Source: Phormidesmis sp.
GTDB taxonomy: Bacteria > Cyanobacteriota > Cyanobacteriia > Leptolyngbyales > Leptolyngbyaceae
DNA length: 64,000 nt
Direction of reading: 5' to 3'
NCBI GenBank assembly: GCA_965248535.1
Contig: CBDFJR010000002.1
Span: forward strand, 2,080,001 to 2,144,000
Shown here: positions 60,996 to 64,000 of the stretch, piece after piece
Layout of the letters: every line of letters starts with the position of its first letter
Numbering within the stretch: position 1 is the first letter of the stretch
Notes under the pieces: generated by a model
Databases searched by the model: none
Seen by the model: the letters and a program-made list of their open reading frames with translations, nothing else
Told to the model about the DNA's origin: nothing
Position numbers and translations under genes: made by a program

Positions 60996-61829
60996 ATGAA
61001 ACCAAATTCTGTATCTCAATCACAAAACTCAATCAAGCCTTTATGGTTCAATCGCAAGCGTGTTTTTCAAATAGGATTAATCCTCGGCTTATTTGCTGGA
61101 ACAGGTGTATCTGCGCTAGGAGGTTTTAGCTATTTGCAGCTAACTAAAGATTCTGTATCCATTAGGGATGGTCAGCTATATTTCAGCAAGTCTACCAGTA
61201 CTAATAACACTGTTGCCAGTAATGGTGGTGTTGCCAATAGTGGCAGCAACTCTCAAGTTAGTAGAGATAATTCGTCTAATAATACTAGTAATAGCCCAGA
61301 GATCCGAGGTAATTACAACACAATTACAATTGTGTCTAATCGAGATTTGCCAGGATTTAGCGAGAAAGGATATAGCACACCTCCTCCTGATTTAAGCAAG
61401 TATTCTCAAGCCAGTAATTTTCAACTTGATAAACTGGTATCTGGGTCTTCAGATACAGGTAGGATAGATTTTGGCAAGAAGGAAATTGTTATTTTAGGAA
61501 AACAGTATACTTCCTCCTTTGATGTTAGATATGACGCTAATTCAAGTCGCTTTGTCTTTCAACTGGATGGCACTCAAAAAGCGGCACTCATACAGTTTGG
61601 ACTTCCAGATTTAAAATCTGGAAACGGTAGTACTGGTGCCTACACAGTCAAGATTTACGGTGATGGCAAATTGTTATGGACAGGGGAATGCCAACGAAGC
61701 CGAGATAGTCAGATTATCTCAACCAGCTTATCAATCCCAGCTGTGAAATTATTGACGGTTGAGGTAACTAGCAATGGACAGAATGACAGTAATCTTTTCT
61801 TCACATCTGCACAACTTCTGAAGGAGTAA
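60996..61829 (+). CDS. AT-rich membrane-anchored protein with possible NPCBM/NEW2-like C-terminal domain
   Basis: TM segment, S/N-rich linker, FGLPD..TVKIYGDGKLLW...LTVEV. Confidence 0.7.
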   Translation: MKPNSVSQSQNSIKPLWFNRKRVFQIGLILGLFAGTGVSALGGFSYLQLTKDSVSIRDGQLYFSKSTSTNNTVASNGGVANSGSNSQVSRDNSSNNTSNSPEIRGNYNTITIVSNRDLPGFSEKGYSTPPPDLSKYSQASNFQLDKLVSGSSDTGRIDFGKKEIVILGKQYTSSFDVRYDANSSRFVFQLDGTQKAALIQFGLPDLKSGNGSTGAYTVKIYGDGKLLWTGECQRSRDSQIISTSLSIPAVKLLTVEVTSNGQNDSNLFFTSAQLLKE

Positions 61830-61997
61830 AGAGCGTTCTCTACAAGACTGACTACTTTGCTTCTACATATCTCTAGTAGCAAGACTCTAGTTTTGCAACT
61901 AAAAAACACATTTAGAGAGCAAAAATCAACAAATCTAAGCATCACTACAAAATCTTTCTTCCCAATCAGGCAACGACAATTTACCCGGATTAAACTC

Positions 61998-62333
61998 ATG
62001 ACTCAATTACCTGCGCCTAAAACGACAAAGTTCTGCCAAGAATGTGGAGAATCCATCAATGCCAAAGCCGAAATCTGCCCTAGTTGTGGTGTTAGACAGC
62101 CAGGGATGGAAGTAGAAAGAAAAGGCAAAAAAGATCGAATTACTGCCGCTTTGTTATCGTTTTTCGGAGGTACGTTTGGAATCCAGTATTTTTATCTAGG
62201 AAAAACTCTGGCAGGAATTTTGTGCCTGGTTTTTTGTTGGTTCTTCTTCTTCCCAACTTTCCTCGGTTTTCTTGAAGGAATCATTTTATTGCTCATGAGT
62301 GATGCAGCGTTCGATCGCAAGTACAACAAATAG
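61998..62333 (+). CDS. Zn-ribbon plus TM2-domain membrane protein
   Basis: KFCQECG..AEICPSCG; KDRITAALLSFFGG.FGIQYFYLG; ATG 61998 preferred. Confidence 0.88.
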   Translation: MTQLPAPKTTKFCQECGESINAKAEICPSCGVRQPGMEVERKGKKDRITAALLSFFGGTFGIQYFYLGKTLAGILCLVFCWFFFFPTFLGFLEGIILLLMSDAAFDRKYNK

Positions 62334-62387
62334 TGCGATCGCTGACGAGATTGTAGGGAATGATCGTGGTTGCTGCCTCTATGTGCG

Positions 62388-62476
62388 GTCTAACAACGCT
62401 CATGCACGCCGACCGCCGAGAGTTGATCGGTTATGATGCAAAGGTTGTCTACGGCGGGTGATGGGCAACGTTAGCA
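62388..62476 (+). other. attC-like site
   Basis: GTCTAAC...GTTAGCA; GCTCAT[G]CAC[G]CCG[A]CCG pairs with CGGCGGGTGATGGGC; 89 bp; same subfamily as 27268. Confidence 0.8.
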
Positions 62477-62780
62477 TTCCGTTTGCGAGTCGCCTTTAAA
62501 CAGAAAGAAAAAAGTAAAGAGAGATAATGGAGTCCGGTCAACAGTTAAAAGGGCATGAATAGTCAACTATTCAGACAGTTATGCCGTCACAGACTAGGTG
62601 ACAATTATAGCGGTTCTTCTTAACATGCAGTACACGTTGGACAGACAGAGCAAGGGTTTCAGCTTGTTATCTGTACCGAACCAGATTAGTAACCGCTATA
62701 AGCTTTCTAGAAGCTTGAAAAATCAGAAGATGATTGTAAACCAGAGCTTTGTCCAATCAAGTAGATTAGGAGACAGTTCA

Positions 62781-63146
62781 GTGGCAGAAAATATCAACAA
62801 TGACCTCAGAAACTCAAATATTGCTAACTTCGCAAATGAGGTTTCAGACAATGCGCGACTGCAAGCGAACCAATATATTAGTCAATCTGAGCGCCAGAGG
62901 ACTCTTATAGAAACAGCTAATGAGATTCAACAACTTCTTCGACAATTGGAGCAAACTAATCCCTTAGCGACAGAGCTTGAACAACGAGCTTATGTTAATA
63001 TTGCCACCAGTCCGGATCTTAAAGAACGCGCAATTGCTGCCTTAAAAGAAGGTGGAGAGACCGCTATTGAGGAGTTCTTTTTAGAGAATAAATACCTCAA
63101 AGTTGGTAAATCGGTTGTCAAAGGTTGGCTTCAAGCTAGCAATTAG
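62781..63146 (+). CDS. Hypothetical protein resembling the C-terminal helical domain of cyanobacterial pentapeptide-repeat/LRR proteins (start uncertain; frame open from 62598)
   Basis: AGGAG RBS before GTG 62781; TLIETANEIQQLLRQLEQTNP...ALKEGGETAIEEF..NKYLKV. Confidence 0.6.
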   Translation: MAENINNDLRNSNIANFANEVSDNARLQANQYISQSERQRTLIETANEIQQLLRQLEQTNPLATELEQRAYVNIATSPDLKERAIAALKEGGETAIEEFFLENKYLKVGKSVVKGWLQASN

Positions 63147-63243
63147 AGACTTCGGTGAGTTGCCAGCAGTTTGACAATCTGCTCTGAGGTAGACGAGTTC
63201 CTGGATTAAAATGCAGGGATACAGTTGCAACGAGGTTAAGGCA

Positions 63244-63519
63244 ATGACGGTTCGACAACCCCGCTATCCCAAAGAAGAATACGCTCGCCGTGGCAATGAG
63301 ATTTACGAGTCCCAAGTGCGATCCAAAGTCGAAGAGGGCAACCACGGCAGAATTGTGGCGATCGACATCGAAACCGGAGCCTTTGAAGTCGCTGACGACA
63401 TTGTGACCGCATCAGCACAACTCCTCGCCAAGTATGCGGATGCCCAAACTTGGTTTATCCGCATTGGGCATCGGGCGGTCTACCATTTTGGCGCACGGAG
63501 CCTGAAAGAAACGGTATGA
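63244..63519 (+). CDS. Small conserved hypothetical protein (DUF5678-like)
   Basis: RRGNEIYE..R..VE....GRIVAIDIETGAFEV; stop overlaps the next start (ATGA). Confidence 0.75.
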   Translation: MTVRQPRYPKEEYARRGNEIYESQVRSKVEEGNHGRIVAIDIETGAFEVADDIVTASAQLLAKYADAQTWFIRIGHRAVYHFGARSLKETV

Positions 63520-63893
63520 TGCATGGCTCTGTGAATCAGAACTGTGAGGCAATACTTCCAGTTGTAGTGAAGAACGATACTAAAACGCAACTCGTTGATG
63601 CAGTCATTGATACAGGTTTTTCGGGCTTCTTGACCTTGACTTCTAGCGCGATCGCCGCTCTAGACTTAACCTGGAAAGGGCGTGATGTTGCAACGCTGGG
63701 AGATGGCACGTCTTGTATTTTTGAGGTTTATATCGCGGTCGTCATTTGGGACGGACACTATCGCACGATTGATATCAATGAATCAGAAACAGTCCCTTTA
63801 GTCGGGATGCGCCTATTGCGAGGATACGATCTGCACATTCAGACCATTGAGGGCGGTTCGGTTACGATCAACGCATTGCCGATCGTGGTTTAG
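63516..63893 (+). CDS. Clan AA (retropepsin-like) aspartic protease
   Basis: AVIDTGFSGFLTL catalytic DTG, flap TLGDG, PLVGMRLL. Confidence 0.88.
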   Translation: MMHGSVNQNCEAILPVVVKNDTKTQLVDAVIDTGFSGFLTLTSSAIAALDLTWKGRDVATLGDGTSCIFEVYIAVVIWDGHYRTIDINESETVPLVGMRLLRGYDLHIQTIEGGSVTINALPIVV

Positions 63894-63912
63894 AAGCTAC
63901 TGGTGAGGCACG

Positions 63913-63997
63913 GTCTAACAACGCAGTGGAGTGGACAGTACAGAGTCTTCGCGCTTCGTTTAAGTTTGCTCGCCGCCGCTCACTTTAGCCATTAGCA
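63913..63997 (+). other. attC-like site with degenerate right core
   Basis: GTCTAAC 20 bp after the protease stop; AGTG[G]AGTGG pairs with CCGCTCACT; right core ATTAGCA; 85 bp. Confidence 0.65.
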
Positions 63998-64000
63998 TTC

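Noticed and set aside
62822..62828. TGCTAAC, complementary to the GTTAGCA core at 62470
   Set aside because: It lies inside a coding frame and no attC-like hairpin follows it, so it is probably chance.
59404..64000. Integron integrase beside the array
   Set aside because: No ORF with tyrosine-recombinase R..HxxR..Y motifs in the window. The upstream gene is an HhH-GPD glycosylase.

Overview
Chromosomal segment of a cyanobacterium. The HIP1 octamer GCGATCGC is very frequent, and the gene set and rRNA look like a filamentous Leptolyngbyaceae-type strain, but the taxon was not verified. Most of the window is housekeeping: menD/menB, a PspA/IM30 gene, a complete minus-strand rrn operon (16S-tRNA-Ile-tRNA-Ala-23S-5S), glyQ, pdhC, aas, a type IA topoisomerase, pgm, HU, ftsH2, gltX, tRNA-Asp, a MacAB-type ABC exporter, clpS, dapL, rlmN, a PAS histidine kinase, lgt, cobM, argC, ribBA and an HhH-GPD glycosylase. 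The most notable unannotated structure is a family of 85-89 bp integron attC-like hairpins (RYYYAAC-type left core, GTTRRRY-type right core, extrahelical bases, covarying arms). Three of them, plus two degenerate relatives, punctuate an AT-rich block of co-oriented accessory genes at 60.2-64.0 kb. This looks like a cassette array with no integrase in the window (CALIN-like), includes an ORF-less cassette, and runs off the window end. A fourth well-formed copy lies alone at 27.3 kb beside an IS5/ISAzo13 scar. Also found: a probable PsrR1-like sRNA, a missed 59-aa Zn-ribbon gene, a duplicated MITE, REP-like hairpins, and three single-base frameshifts that may be assembly errors. All calls come from reading the sequence and from recalled family knowledge; no searches were run.
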